Shown: piece by piece, positions 39,162-52,532 of the stretch
How positions within the stretch are numbered: the stretch's first letter is position 1
Layout of the letters: every line of letters starts with the position of its first letter
From: Octopus vulgaris
Lineage: Eukaryota
Assembly: GCA_951406725.2 (NCBI GenBank)
Contig: CATOCA020000022.1
Coordinates: 1-64,000, forward strand
Reading direction: 5' to 3'
DNA length: 64,000 bases
Made by a program: the position numbers and the translations under genes
Notes under the pieces: model-generated
What the model saw: only the letters and a program-made list of their open reading frames with translations
Told to the model about the DNA's origin: nothing
Database searches by the model: none

Positions 39162-42100
39162 AGGGACAACAAAATACCAAATAAAATATGATGACCTCGA
39201 AGACAGAATATTCCGGAATTGGTAACTTGATCTGTTAACACTTTTGAATTAATAAAGAGTCCAAAGTAAGAATGCTGTGTGTGTGTGTGGTAGGTTGTAT
39301 GCATATATCTGATAATAGCGATAATGAGATACACACCTGTATACACATACCAAACTACTAAACACCCAATAACACCAACATGAAATATGTATCCTCTGAC
39401 AAAGTGGCAAATCAAATAGGTAACTCTTTTTTACTGTCTTACCTAGAAAATATGAAGGCCGACCTAAGCCAGGATATCCAACGAGCTATCAGCAACCACC
39501 TATGCAAATCACAAGGACCACACACCCACTACCAACAAGAAAATCATACACACACAGCTCCATATAAGAACTACCCACATTGTTACCACTGAACAACATA
39601 AAACACAACTTAGAACAAGGCAAACATCAAACTCCCCTTACCTCGACATTCCTGTTAAATGTACGTGGCATCAACCCATCAATTATTGCCCAAAAATGGA
39701 AGATCCCATATATAGAGAGTTGGCTTGCTGAAACGGCACATTGCTTCCCTTCCTTTATCCTTACTGAGACTCACATGAACAACACCCATATGGACGCCGA
39801 GGTGAAAATAAAAGATTTCACCATTGTTCGTGTGGATCGCACAGACCGAAATAAGGGAGAGACAGCCATCTTTATCCATGACTCCTTTTCACTTGATGCC
39901 AAAGACATATTTTCCAATGGCTATTGGGAATCGGTATCACTATTCAGCAAGGCCAAGGACTTAATCATTGTTGGTCTTTACAGGCCTCCCCAAGCACCTC
40001 TAAAGTGCTTTGAAGAGTGCCTTAGTAAAGTCAAGTCCTTCATTCGGAAGTACAACTCCGGAAACATACTAGTGATGGGTGATTTTAACCTCCCTTATGT
40101 GAACTGGCCCACAAATACTCTGAAGTTAGGCAAATGCTCTACATCAGATAGAGCAGCAGCAGAACTGCTCTTTAATCTAATGGATGAATACTTGCTGACT
40201 CAGCTAGTGCTCGAACCAACGAGACAGAATAAAACGATCTTGGATCTGGTATTGACCAATCACTCTAGCTTCGTTCACAGTATTTCAGTTGAAAAAACTA
40301 TCCTCTCAGACCACGACATGATACTCTGCAATTTCAATTCCCGACATATAAAAACCAAACCAGCCAATACCACTCCATGGCACTCATTTGACAACATAAA
40401 CTTCCACAAAGCGGACTGGGGAGCAACCAGAAAGGATCTGTCTTGCATCGACTTGTCTTTCACTCTCAATTCCATCCATACTGAGACCGCATGGCAGCAC
40501 TTTGAAAACATTGTCACCTATACATGCGCTAAACACGCTCCCATGAAATCTACTAACACAAACAGAAACTGGCTCCCTAAAAAGAAAAAAACACTCATCA
40601 GGCGCATCAAAAGACTCAACAAACAAAATCAACCAATTAAAATATTCCCACATACAACATCCAAATTCAACAACAATGAAAAGGCTAGAGCTGGAAAAAC
40701 TTCATCTACAGAACGACATGAAAACCTCCATTGAAAATCAAAGAGCTGTGGAGGAACAGTGGGTAATCAAAAACATCAAACAGAACCCAAAAGTGTTCTA
40801 TTCTTATGCAAATAAGCATAGAACCACTGTCTCACCCATTGGGCCATTGATTGATGATAACGGCATTCCCCAACACGATACTAAAGAAATGGCAGAAATA
40901 CTGCAGAAATAATATTGCTTTGTCTGATATTGACACAAGAGAAGCGACCGAAGTTGACCCTCAACATAAAATCTCAGACATAACCTTCACTGCCACTGAC
41001 ATCACAGCAGCAATAAATGAGATCAAATACTACTCTGCTGTAGGCCCTGATAGATTCCCTGCTAGTCTCCTGAAGGAATGTAGACACCAACTTGCAGTCC
41101 CTCTGACCAACCTCTGGAGAAATTCGTTAGACGCAGGTTATATACCGAAACAGTTTCTATCCCAGTCAGTCATCCCGGTTTTCAAACAGGGAAACAGATC
41201 CCTCGCACTCAACTATCGCCCAATCTCACTCACCTCCCACATCATCAAAGTGTTTGAAAGAGTGTTAAGATCAAGGATAGCTGACTTCCTGGAGACCCAC
41301 AAACTCCTAAATGCAAATCAGCATGGCTTTCGCTGAGGCAGGGACTGTCTAACACAGCTCTTACACCACATTGAAGATGTACTCAAAGCCTTGGGAACAG
41401 GTTCGAACTCTGATGTCATATATCTTGACTTCAGTAAAGCGTTCGACAGGGTAGACCATAATATCCTACTCTCAAAATTGGCAAATGTTGGAATCCGTGG
41501 AAAAGTTCTACACTAGATCAAGTATTTCCAGGCGAATATAACACAACATGTTGTAGTTGATGGAGTCCACTCAAGCCCAGCATAAGTCACCAGCGGTGTC
41601 CCCCAGGGGACTATTTTGGGTCTGCTACTCTTCATAATTTACATAAACGACCTTTCCAGTGTCGTACATTACTGCAAAGTGAAAATATTTGCTGATGACA
41701 CTAAGCTCCAGCAAATCGTCAATGAAGAAGCAGACCGAACTCAACTCCAGTCTGATCTATATGCTGTGAGTCAATGGGCACACAGAGACAAAATGCAACT
41801 GAACAAGGGAAAATTTGAGTTGATGCATTTTGGAAGAAATTCCTCACTAAAACAGCCTCTAACAAATCAGTGACCTGGGTGTAATTGTTGATGACGATCT
41901 CAGTTGGAGTGCACACATCAACAAGAAGGTCGATATAGCACGTAGGATGAGTTCCTGGATCTTAAGAACTTTCCGGTCCAGAGAACAAGGTGTCATCATA
42001 CCACTTTTCTCCTCCTTTGTACGGCCACACCTCGAATACTGCTGCCCACTGTGGTCTCTTCACACAAGACAAAACATCTCCAGAATTGAGTCACCCCAGA

Positions 42101-42635
42101 GGGCACTCACTAAACGAATTGAAGGCATGGCTGCTGTCGATTATTGGGATCGCCTTAAAGCCTTGAACCTTTACTCCCTCCAGCATCGCCGTGAGCGGTA
42201 CATCATTTGTACGATGTGGAAAATATACCGCCAACTAAGCCCAAACGACCTAAACATTAGCTTCAAGGTTCATCCAAGACTTGGACCACGGGCTATACGT
42301 CCCCTGCCCAATTCAAGATCACAACATACATGTACACTGCAACATAATTTCTTTTCCTCAACAGGCCCTGCCCTATTTAACATTGCCCCGAAAGAGATCA
42401 AAGAGGAACAGGATCCCATCAACTTTAAACGGAGTCTGGATAGATTCCTTCAAGGAATACCAGATAAGCCACCCATAATTGGATACAACTCACCCAACAA
42501 AAACTCACTACTTGAATGGACCATAAACAAAACTTGACTTAAACAGGATTCAAATAATCCTATCAGGTGGTGCTATTAAGTTAGACATGGCCTGGACCAA
42601 TCTTTGGTCGAAACATATCAAGGTTTATCTAAGTT
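39162..42635 (+). mobile_element. Near-complete decayed CR1-group LINE (possible ORF1 end, APE endonuclease, RT, 3' UTR)
   Basis: APE motifs NVRG, LTETH, GLYRPP, GDFNLP, LDLVLTN and SDH (39580-40734). RT motifs YLDFSKAFD, SGVPQG and FADD. Several stops and frameshifts. Confidence 0.95.
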
Positions 42636-42849
42636 TATATACAAACATACAAACATGTATATACAAATCTATATACAAACATATATACAAATATATATAT
42701 ACAGACATATATATATACAAATATATATATACAAACATATATATATATATACAAACATATATACAAACACATATATACAAATATATATACAAACATATAT
42801 ACACAAATATATATACAAACATATACATACAAATATATATACAAACATA

Positions 42850-43455
42850 TGACCCTCTCCGTAACCTTCATTACCTGATCCAACAGCTTGATACCTCTGT
42901 ATTTATTTGTATCTAAAGCGTCACCTTTACCTTTGTAGCAGTTGACTATTATGCTGCTACACCAGTCATTGGGTATGACTCCTTCGTGTATCAACTGGTT
43001 AACTATACGGGTGACTAGGCTATAACCAACACTGCCAGATATTTTGAGCCTCTCTGCAGTAATTCCTGATGGACCTGGGGCTTTCCCTGTCTTCATACTT
43101 CTAATTATCTTATCTACCAAAGAACTGTCAACTCGGATAGCTGGTCCCTCAGTTGGGTCGACATTCGGCAGACTCTCTTTCTCCCATTCATTGTCTTTAT
43201 TCAGCAACCTTTCATAGTGGCGTCTCCAAACCTCTCTCTTTGCAGCCACATTTAGCGCAAGTGAACCATTATCCATGCGAACACATTTCTCTCCTACCAC
43301 ATCACGATTCTCTCTCACACACTGTCTTGCAACACGAAATATCTCAAGTCTTTTGTCCTCACAGCGCAGAACATTGGCAAATTTTTTCTTATCTGCTTCT
43401 CCTATGGCTAAATAAACCTGCCTCCTAGCTTCCCTTCTGGCAGTCTGACACACTT
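42850..43455 (-). mobile_element. RTE-clade LINE, upstream portion collinear with 37321-38988
   Basis: WRRHYERLLN, KAPGPSGITAE, IPNDW, YKGKGDAL..YRGIKLLDQVMKVTERVI. Confidence 0.9.
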
Positions 43456-43829
43456 CACCCATATAGTTAATCAGGATATATAGAAAGGTATTATACCCAA
43501 TGACTGGCATAGCAGCATTGTAGTCAACTGTTATAGGAAGACAGACGTTAAATGATGTTGATATATTTTTTAGTATACATAACTGACTTCTACACGTCCT
43601 TCATGGATGATTCTATGATCCACAAAAACAGATGAATTATATCCAAAATGCTAATGTTGCTGCTACCAAAAGGTATTGAGGACTTGATGCTTTTTGTTTC
43701 AGTAGAGTTGCCCTTCCAACTATAATCATCCTTATTTCTTTTAAATCTCTGAATTATCACCATTATCCCATTGCATGACATTTTGAGTCTATTGGGTACC
43801 TGGAAAATGAATAAAACCAGTCGTGTGTA

Positions 43830-44332
43830 TCTCTTATTATAAAAGGCAGATTTTATCTGCCTCCTTTGGGAGTTATACAAATCTACAATATAGGATTTCT
43901 TCAATTACAATTTACCTTGCATTTTTAAGAGTACAATGCATTGCGTCATGCCAGCTCCAGTTTTTAAAATTTAAACTCCAGTTAAGCAAAATTTACAGAA
44001 AACTCACATTCTGGTGTGTGTGTCAAATGCTTTTCTTAGTCTGGTTTACACCACACGCAAACGCACACACACAGTGGGCAACGAATAAAATGAAACTAAT
44101 TCACTTACTGTAGTGAGTGATTCTTTCACTCTGCCTCCCACTTCTTCTTTCCACACAGACACGCAAATATATAAATAAAATTGTAAGCTAACGTGCGTGT
44201 GTGTGAGTGGGTGGGTGTGGGTGTGCGCGTGTGTGTGTGTGTGTGAGGCGTGTGTGTGTGTGTGTGTGCGCGTGTGCGTGAGTGTGTGACAGGAAAGTTT
44301 TTTTACGACGAATATAATACCTATATCCAAGT
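43830..44332 (+). mobile_element. Helitron-like non-autonomous element, 3'-truncated
   Basis: A|TCTCTTATTATAAAAGGCAG 5' end of the same type as 45623; no clear hairpin-CTAG end. Confidence 0.45.
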
Positions 44333-44339
44333 AGCAGAA

Positions 44340-44826
44340 AGATAAGACAGTAAGGTGTGATTTGAGGGAGATTTGGCTGCTATTTCTACCATGTCTAGCT
44401 GCTATGTAGGGGTCTCCCTCATAGGCTCATACATACATATATATATACATAGATAAGACAGTAAGGTGTGATTTGGGGGAAATTTGGCTGCTATTTCTAC
44501 CAGGTCTAGCTGCCATGTAGGGGTCTCCCTCATAGGCTCATACATACATATATACATAGATAAGACAGTAAGGTGTGATTTGGGGGAAATTTGGCTGCTA
44601 TTTCTACCAGGTCTAGCTGCCATGTAGGGGTCTCCCTCATAGGCTCATACATACATATATACATAGATAAGACAGTAAGGTGTGATTTGGGGGAAATTTG
44701 GCTGCTATTTCTACCAGGTCTAGCTACCATGTAGAGGTCCCCCTCATTGGCTCATATATATATATACATACATAAGACAGTAAGGTGTGATTTGAGGGAG
44801 ATTTGGCTGCTGTTTCTACCAGGTCT
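44340..44826. repeat. ~107-bp tandem repeat, ~4.5 copies
   Basis: (G/C)ATAAGACAGTAAGGTGTGATTTG at 44341, 44452, 44559, 44666 and 44771. Confidence 0.92.
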
Positions 44827-45191
44827 GTTAGGCCTTCTCATGTAAACTCAAGCTTTCTCATGCCTTCAACATATGACCAAAGCAGAGAATGTATTCTTTT
44901 ATTCTTCTGCTTTTTCCAGCCATTGGTCTGTGGCCATGCTGGGGCAATGCCTTGAAGAATTGTAGTTTAATGAATCAACTCCAGTTTTATTTTTGTAAGC
45001 ATTGTACTTATTCTATCTGTTTCCTTTGTCAAACCACTAGGTGACAGGGATGTAAACAAACCAACATTCGTTGTCAAGCAGTGGTGGAGGACAATCACAA
45101 GCACAGACACGCACACACACACACACACACACACATACATGCATACACATATACACACATACATACATATATATATATGTGTATATATATA

Positions 45192-45450
45192 TTGCAGCGT
45201 GGAAGGTGTTTGTAAGCCATTTAAGAAACACACAAAAACCGTTACATTCACTTCAACATTTAAATTTAATTTGCCAAAATATTTTCGTCGCTTTGAGACC
45301 GCCACCTGTTCACTGACAAAAATATCGTGCTAACAGGTCGCGGTCTCAAAGCGACGAAAATATTTTGACAAATTAAATTTAAATGTTGAAGTGAATCTAA
45401 CGGTTTTTGTGTGTTTCTTAAATGGCTTATAAACACCTTCAACGCTGCAA
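45192..45450. repeat. Long inverted repeat (arms ~120 bp, ~20-bp spacer)
   Basis: TTGCAGCGTGGAAGGTGTTT...ACCTGTT and AACAGGT...AAACACCTTCAACGCTGCAA are reverse complements with few mismatches. Confidence 0.92.
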
Positions 45451-45522
45451 CTGTTTTCGTTCCAGCACACGATCTCAGATCAAGTCACTTGCTATGCAAG
45501 TACATCTCTGTAACTATATATA

Positions 45523-45559
<37 letters not shown>

Positions 45560-45622
45560 TGGTAAAAACAGTAAGATAACAAAAGAAAGAAAGAGACCTC
45601 AATATTATGTAAATAGAGGAAA

Positions 45623-46017
45623 TCTTTATAGATAAAAGTGAGGTTGTGTGTCTGTCTCCTACGATTTAGATTCCTAACTACTCCCACATTTTGCGGTGCA
45701 GTTTAACCAAAACCGGGTATCTTATAGTCGTGATTCATATCGAGACCGTCTGGGTATTAGCGCGCGTCTACGATGAGTCTACGATTTATAAAAAAATTTA
45801 CCATCAATTTTTCCAATTTTTAATACATTTTTGACATATATAAGGGAAGTAACTCTCTAAAATTTATTATTAAATCTCAGAACGTAAAAAGCTACAGTAA
45901 CACCCCTCCCCCTTTGTGGTTAGCCATATTGAGATGGCTATTATACTTTACATCTCTAAAAATGCTTATATAATTATTTCCCTTACAAACCCGAGCAACG
46001 CCGGGCGATACTGCTAG
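45623..46017 (+). mobile_element. Complete non-autonomous Helitron (~395 bp)
   Basis: A|TC 5' end, subterminal hairpin CCCGAGCAACGCCGGG, CTAG|T 3' end, no target-site duplication. Confidence 0.8.
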
Positions 46018-46029
46018 TGTGTATATATA

Positions 46030-46340
46030 TGAGTGGCTGTGTGGTAAGTAGCTTGCTTACGAACCACATGGTTCCGGGTTCTATCCCAATGCATGGCACC
46101 TTGGGCAAGTGTCTTCTACTATAGCCTTGTGAGTGGATTTGGTAGACGGAAACTGAAGGAAGCCCGCCATGTGTATATATATATATTTGAGAGTTTGTGT
46201 ATGTATATGTTCGTCCCCACCAACATCGCTTGGCAACCGATGCTGTGTTTACTGCAAAAGAGACCGATAGAATAAGTACTAGGCTTACAAAGAATACGTC
46301 CTGGGGTCGATTTGCTTGACCAAAGTCGGTGCTCCATCAA
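46030..46340 (+). mobile_element. tRNA-derived SINE with internal deletions
   Basis: GAGTGGCTGTGTGGTAAGTAGC...CTTGGGCAAGTGTCTT...GGTGCTCCA. Confidence 0.8.
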
Positions 46341-46635
46341 AAAAAGAGAAAAACACGTTTTCACTCTCTAAATATCGACTTCTTTCATAAACAACCAAGT
46401 TGATTTGTTATTGGGCTCCTAGACTGAACAATTGCATGATCTTGTATGGATCTGAGAGTAATTTGACTGCTATTTCTAGCCACCCCAAGTTAGCCTTGTT
46501 AATCATGTGAACGTCTAAAGAACTGAAAGTTATTTTAACAGTTGACAAACCAAATTCTAGTCAAGAACTCGTTTAAAAATTGCTGAGCCTTAACAGAAAC
46601 CATTAACATTTGAAGTAATAGACTTATTTTTAAAG

Positions 46636-46666
<31 letters not shown>

Positions 46667-46816
46667 TGTGTGTGTCTGTTTGTCCCCAAACATTGCTACA
46701 CAACGGATGTTAGTCTGTTTACGTCCCCATAACTTAGAGGTTCAGCGAAAGAGATTGATAGAATAAGTACTAGGCCTACAAAGAATAAGTCCTGGGGTCG
46801 ATATGCTCGACTGAAG

Positions 46817-46875
<59 letters not shown>

Positions 46876-48054
46876 CTGGAGCGCCGCCTTTAGTCGAGCA
46901 CATCATACACAGCACTTCTTTGTAAGCCTAGTATTTATTCTAACTTGTTCTCTTTTGCCGAACCGCTAAAATACAGGGAGTAAAACACACCTCTATCGGT
47001 TAAAAGCATCAACAACTACAGTCAATCGAAGATAATGACCAAACTGTCTACCAATTCAGACACTCAAACACGCGGACAAACACAGAAATGAAGACAGTTA
47101 CATACCTGCACATGCACAAACACACAGACATACACATATAGAAATGAAAAATACACACTTACACATTCAAACTCTCACACTCACACAAACACACACACAC
47201 ACGCACCCACACACAGAAATGAAAACACAGTTACACAATCACACATAAAACCCTAACCCTAACTAGCACAAACATACAATTTATTCAGAATGTAAAGGGG
47301 CATTGGGTGCTTTGCACTCGCAGTTAGAATATCAGCTCCCTCCACGCCAGTATGAGAATTTCTTTCATCCACTTGTGAAATTAATACATTGTCGACACAT
47401 GACAAAAATATGAGCAACATCTGAAGTCACTAAAGGTGCAATAAATTGAACTTATTTTGATTTAGTAGTTAGTGATCTCAAATGTGGGTATCTTAGCAAT
47501 GGTCAGTGTCGCACACACACAAGCAAATAGAAACACTCAGTCGCTCACACACTCGCGCACACAGAAATAAAAACACTCTCTCTCACACACACACACACAC
47601 ACACAAACACTGAAATGAAAATACCCACACTCACATAAATAAAAACAGTCCCACACTCACAAGGAGCCCCAATAGGTATATAAAAAAAGTTTCTAGTATC
47701 TTTCCTAGCCCATAATTTATGATAATTGTAGTTCTAACAATAAATAAATACCTACTAATTCAGTACATCGAACATTACGTCCCCGTAAATTATCGGTTCT
47801 GCAAAAGAGAACAATACGTTAAGTACTAGGAATACAAAAATAAGTCCTGGGGTCTATTTGCTCGACTAAATGCGGTACACCACAATTTAATAACAATAAT
47901 ATAATTATATGCAAGGTAAGTAAATCTATATGATATTTTGTAGTTATCTCACTAACTTACGGTGACGTAAACACATCAGAATCGGTTGTCAAGCAATTTT
48001 GAGGACAAAAACGCAGACAGAAACATAGACACACACATACATATGTGTGTGCGT

Positions 48055-49395
<1,341 letters not shown>

Positions 49396-49396
49396 T

Positions 49397-51392
49397 CATC
49401 AGTCCCATGAAAAGGAGAGAGCAGATAAAGAAGCTTGGGTAATAGAAAATAGAAAATCAAACCCTAAAGCTTTCTTTAAGTTTGCCAAAGAGACAGCCAC
49501 AGTGCACCAGAGAATAGGACCTCTCTTCCAAAAAGATGGCTCTCTCACAGGAAATCCCACGAGGATAAGTGAAATACTGAACGAACAGTTCCAAAGTGTG
49601 TTCACTACACCTCTAGGACACAGGCAAGTAAACAACCCAGAAGAATTCTTTGCCACTTTACCAGCGGCCAAAGAGACAAAAATTGAGTACATCAACATCG
49701 AAGAAGATGATATCACACTAGCCATTGATGAGATTGACACAAACTCAGCTGCTGGACCTGATGGATTCCCAGCGATCCTTCTCAAATCGTGCAAACGAGC
49801 CCTTGCAAAACCACTACAGCTTCTTTTTCAGAGCTTTCTTGCAAGTGGTAAGCTCCCAGTCAAACTGAAAGAGGGGGTAATATGCCCTATCCATAAGGGA
49901 GGTAGCAGAGCAGATGCTAAAAATTATAGGCCTATCTCTCTGACCTCACACATCAGCAAAGTCATGGAACGAATAGTCCGTAAGAAACTAATCATGTTCC
50001 TTGAAGAAAATGACTTACTGTCTGACACCCAGCATGGATTTCGACCAGGTAGAGGCTGCCTAACACAGCTCCTGCAACACTATGACTGGGTGTTGAAACA
50101 GCTACTAAATGGCTCAAATGTGGATGTAATATATCTTGACTTTGCAAAAGCCTTTGATAAAGTCGACCATAATATGATCTGTCACAAACTGCGTGGTCTC
50201 GGCATAGGCGGGAAACTTGGAGAGTGGCTGCACAACTTCCTAAAAGACAGAAAACAGGCAGTTGTGAGCAATGGAGCCACCTCCAGGGAAACGCAAATAA
50301 CAAGCGGTGTCCCACAGGGCACTGTCTTGGGGCCACTGATGTTCATAGTGGCCCTTTCAGACATGCCTTCAGTTGCTACGATGACCACCCTTGCTAGCTA
50401 TGCAGATGACACAAAAGTCTCCCACGCAATACAAAACCCTGAAAATATTGCGCATCTGCAACATGAGCTGGACACAATATACAGGTGGGCTGAGGACAAC
50501 AACATGCAGTTTAATGCAGGTAAGTTCCAGGCCCTGCGCTACTGGCACACAAAGGTAAATGACGTGCATACTGGATACACTGGCCCAGGAAGAATTGCAA
50601 TCCCTGAGTCAAAATCAGTGCGTGACCTGGGCATTGACATGAGCAATGATGCATCTTTCCAAATGCATATTGCTAATCTGGTGATAAAATGCAGACGGCT
50701 AGCTGGATGGATTCTCCGAACTTTCAGAACAAGAGAGAAGGAGACACTGATGGTCCTATGGAAAACATTTGTCCTCAGCCGCTTGGACTACTGCTCCCAA
50801 CTTTGGTCACCACACAATATAAAACAAACAGCAGAACTCGAAGCAACTCAGAGAAGCTACACAAAGAAAATCGTCTCAATGCGAAATGTCAGCTACTGGG
50901 AAAGACTGAAGGTATTAAACCTCTTCTCCCTGGAGCGGAGGCAGGAGAGATATGCAGTGATATACATCTGGAAAATCCTGGAGGGTCTTGTCCCAAACTT
51001 TGGCATTCAAAGTTACTCCAACCGCAGAACGGGGGGCCGCTGCGTGGTGCCAAGGATTCCAACATCACCATCAAAATACAGGTCCAGATACTGCAACAGC
51101 TTGGGTTTCAGAGGACCACAGCTCTTTAACATCCTCCCTAAATGCCTGAGAGACTTACATGGTGTGGATGTGGGTTTCTTTAAAACTAAACTGGATCTCT
51201 TCTTGTTGGGAGTCCCAGATGAACCTACCTCACGACAGGAGACACGGATGCGGGCAGCAGCATCGAACTCCCTTGTTGATCAAGTGCCACGTATCAGAGG
51301 TGGATTCACAAACTAGTGTAGCTCATTCAGCGGTGGTGCCCCAGCATGGCCGCGGCCTTCGGGCTAAAACATTTTTAAGGATTTAAGGATTT
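49397..51392 (+). mobile_element. 5'-truncated CR1-group LINE, second family, with an uninterrupted ~640-codon RT frame (stop at 51316)
   Basis: [48 protein letters not shown] and [11 protein letters not shown] motifs; tail (TTTAAGGA)n. Confidence 0.95.
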
Positions 51393-51455
51393 ATATATAT
51401 ATCTTTATGTGTATATGTATATATATATATATATATATGTATATATCTTTATGTG

Positions 51456-51496
<41 letters not shown>

Positions 51497-51797
51497 GTAT
51501 ATATAAATGCTGGACCACCGCCATTATTCGAGCACATCGTGCGCAGCACTTATTCTTTCTAAGCCTAGTATTTATTCTAACTTATTCTTTTTGGCCGAAC
51601 CACTAAAATACAGGGAGGAAAACATACCAGCATCGGTTGAAAAATCTACTGTAGCCCAGGGCCGACCAAAGCCTTGTGATTGGATTTGTTAGACGGATTT
51701 GTTAGAAGATTGTCGTATATATATGTAACAGTGGCTGTGGTATGTAACTTGCTTTCAAACACACCAGCATCGGTTAAAAAATCTAACCCTAACCCTA

Positions 51798-52045
51798 ACA
51801 AATCAGTCAATCGAAGATAATGACCAAACTGTCTACTCTTATCCACCAGTTCCAACACGATTTAACAAAAAAGGAGACAAATTGCTTGACTAGATTTCAC
51901 TGCAAAGCCAGTAACATCTGTGGACTTCCCAAAATCTACAAAAGTTAAGCCATAAACAAAACCTGTAACAAGTTAACTTCTATAGTCATAAATATTCCAC
52001 ACCCGAGAGATCTTCGAATGAGGCCAATTATGGCCGATCCAGGTA
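51798..52045 (+). mobile_element. Penelope-like RT fragment copy (others at ~53120-53378, ~54325-54568, ~58975-59130, ~47000-47052)
   Basis: IMTKLSTLIHQFQHDLTKKETNCLTRFHCKASNICGLPKIYKS*...HPRDLRMRPIMADP. Confidence 0.7.
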
Positions 52046-52493
52046 TGTAGATACGGGGGGCATTGGGTGCTTAACACTTGCAAATCTGACGTCGCTAAAG
52101 GTGCAATAAATTGAACTTCTTTTCATTTAGCAGTTAGTGATCTGCAAATGTGGGTATCTTGGAGATGCTTCAAGTGTTTCTTGTAGCTGTAATTGTCGCA
52201 CACACACAAACGAATAAAAACACAGTCGCTCACACACACGTACACACACAAATAAAAACATTGGTATCTCTGATTTTTACAGAAGCGAGTACTCTTAACA
52301 TTTCTACAAGAGTTTACTGGCTGTCGGAGGTCCTGTTTATATTGACTGTTGTTTTCACCAAGTCATCTATTTATTAAAAAAAATATATATATATATAAAC
52401 TATGAGCTATGGTTAGATGTGTGTATTTCCATTTCTGTGTGTGCGACTACGTGCTTTTATATACATGTGTGTGTGTGTGTGTGTGTGTGTATG

Positions 52494-52532
<39 letters not shown>

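Noticed and set aside
38408-39415. 335-aa ORF, and likewise 42635..43510 and 35275..36003, as intact genes
   Set aside because: They are chimeras of microsatellite translation and RTE fragments.
51332-51372. Hammerhead ribozyme at LINE/SINE 3' ends (stem followed by GAAAC)
   Set aside because: There is no CUGANGA core or stems I/III; it is better explained as an RT-recognition hairpin.
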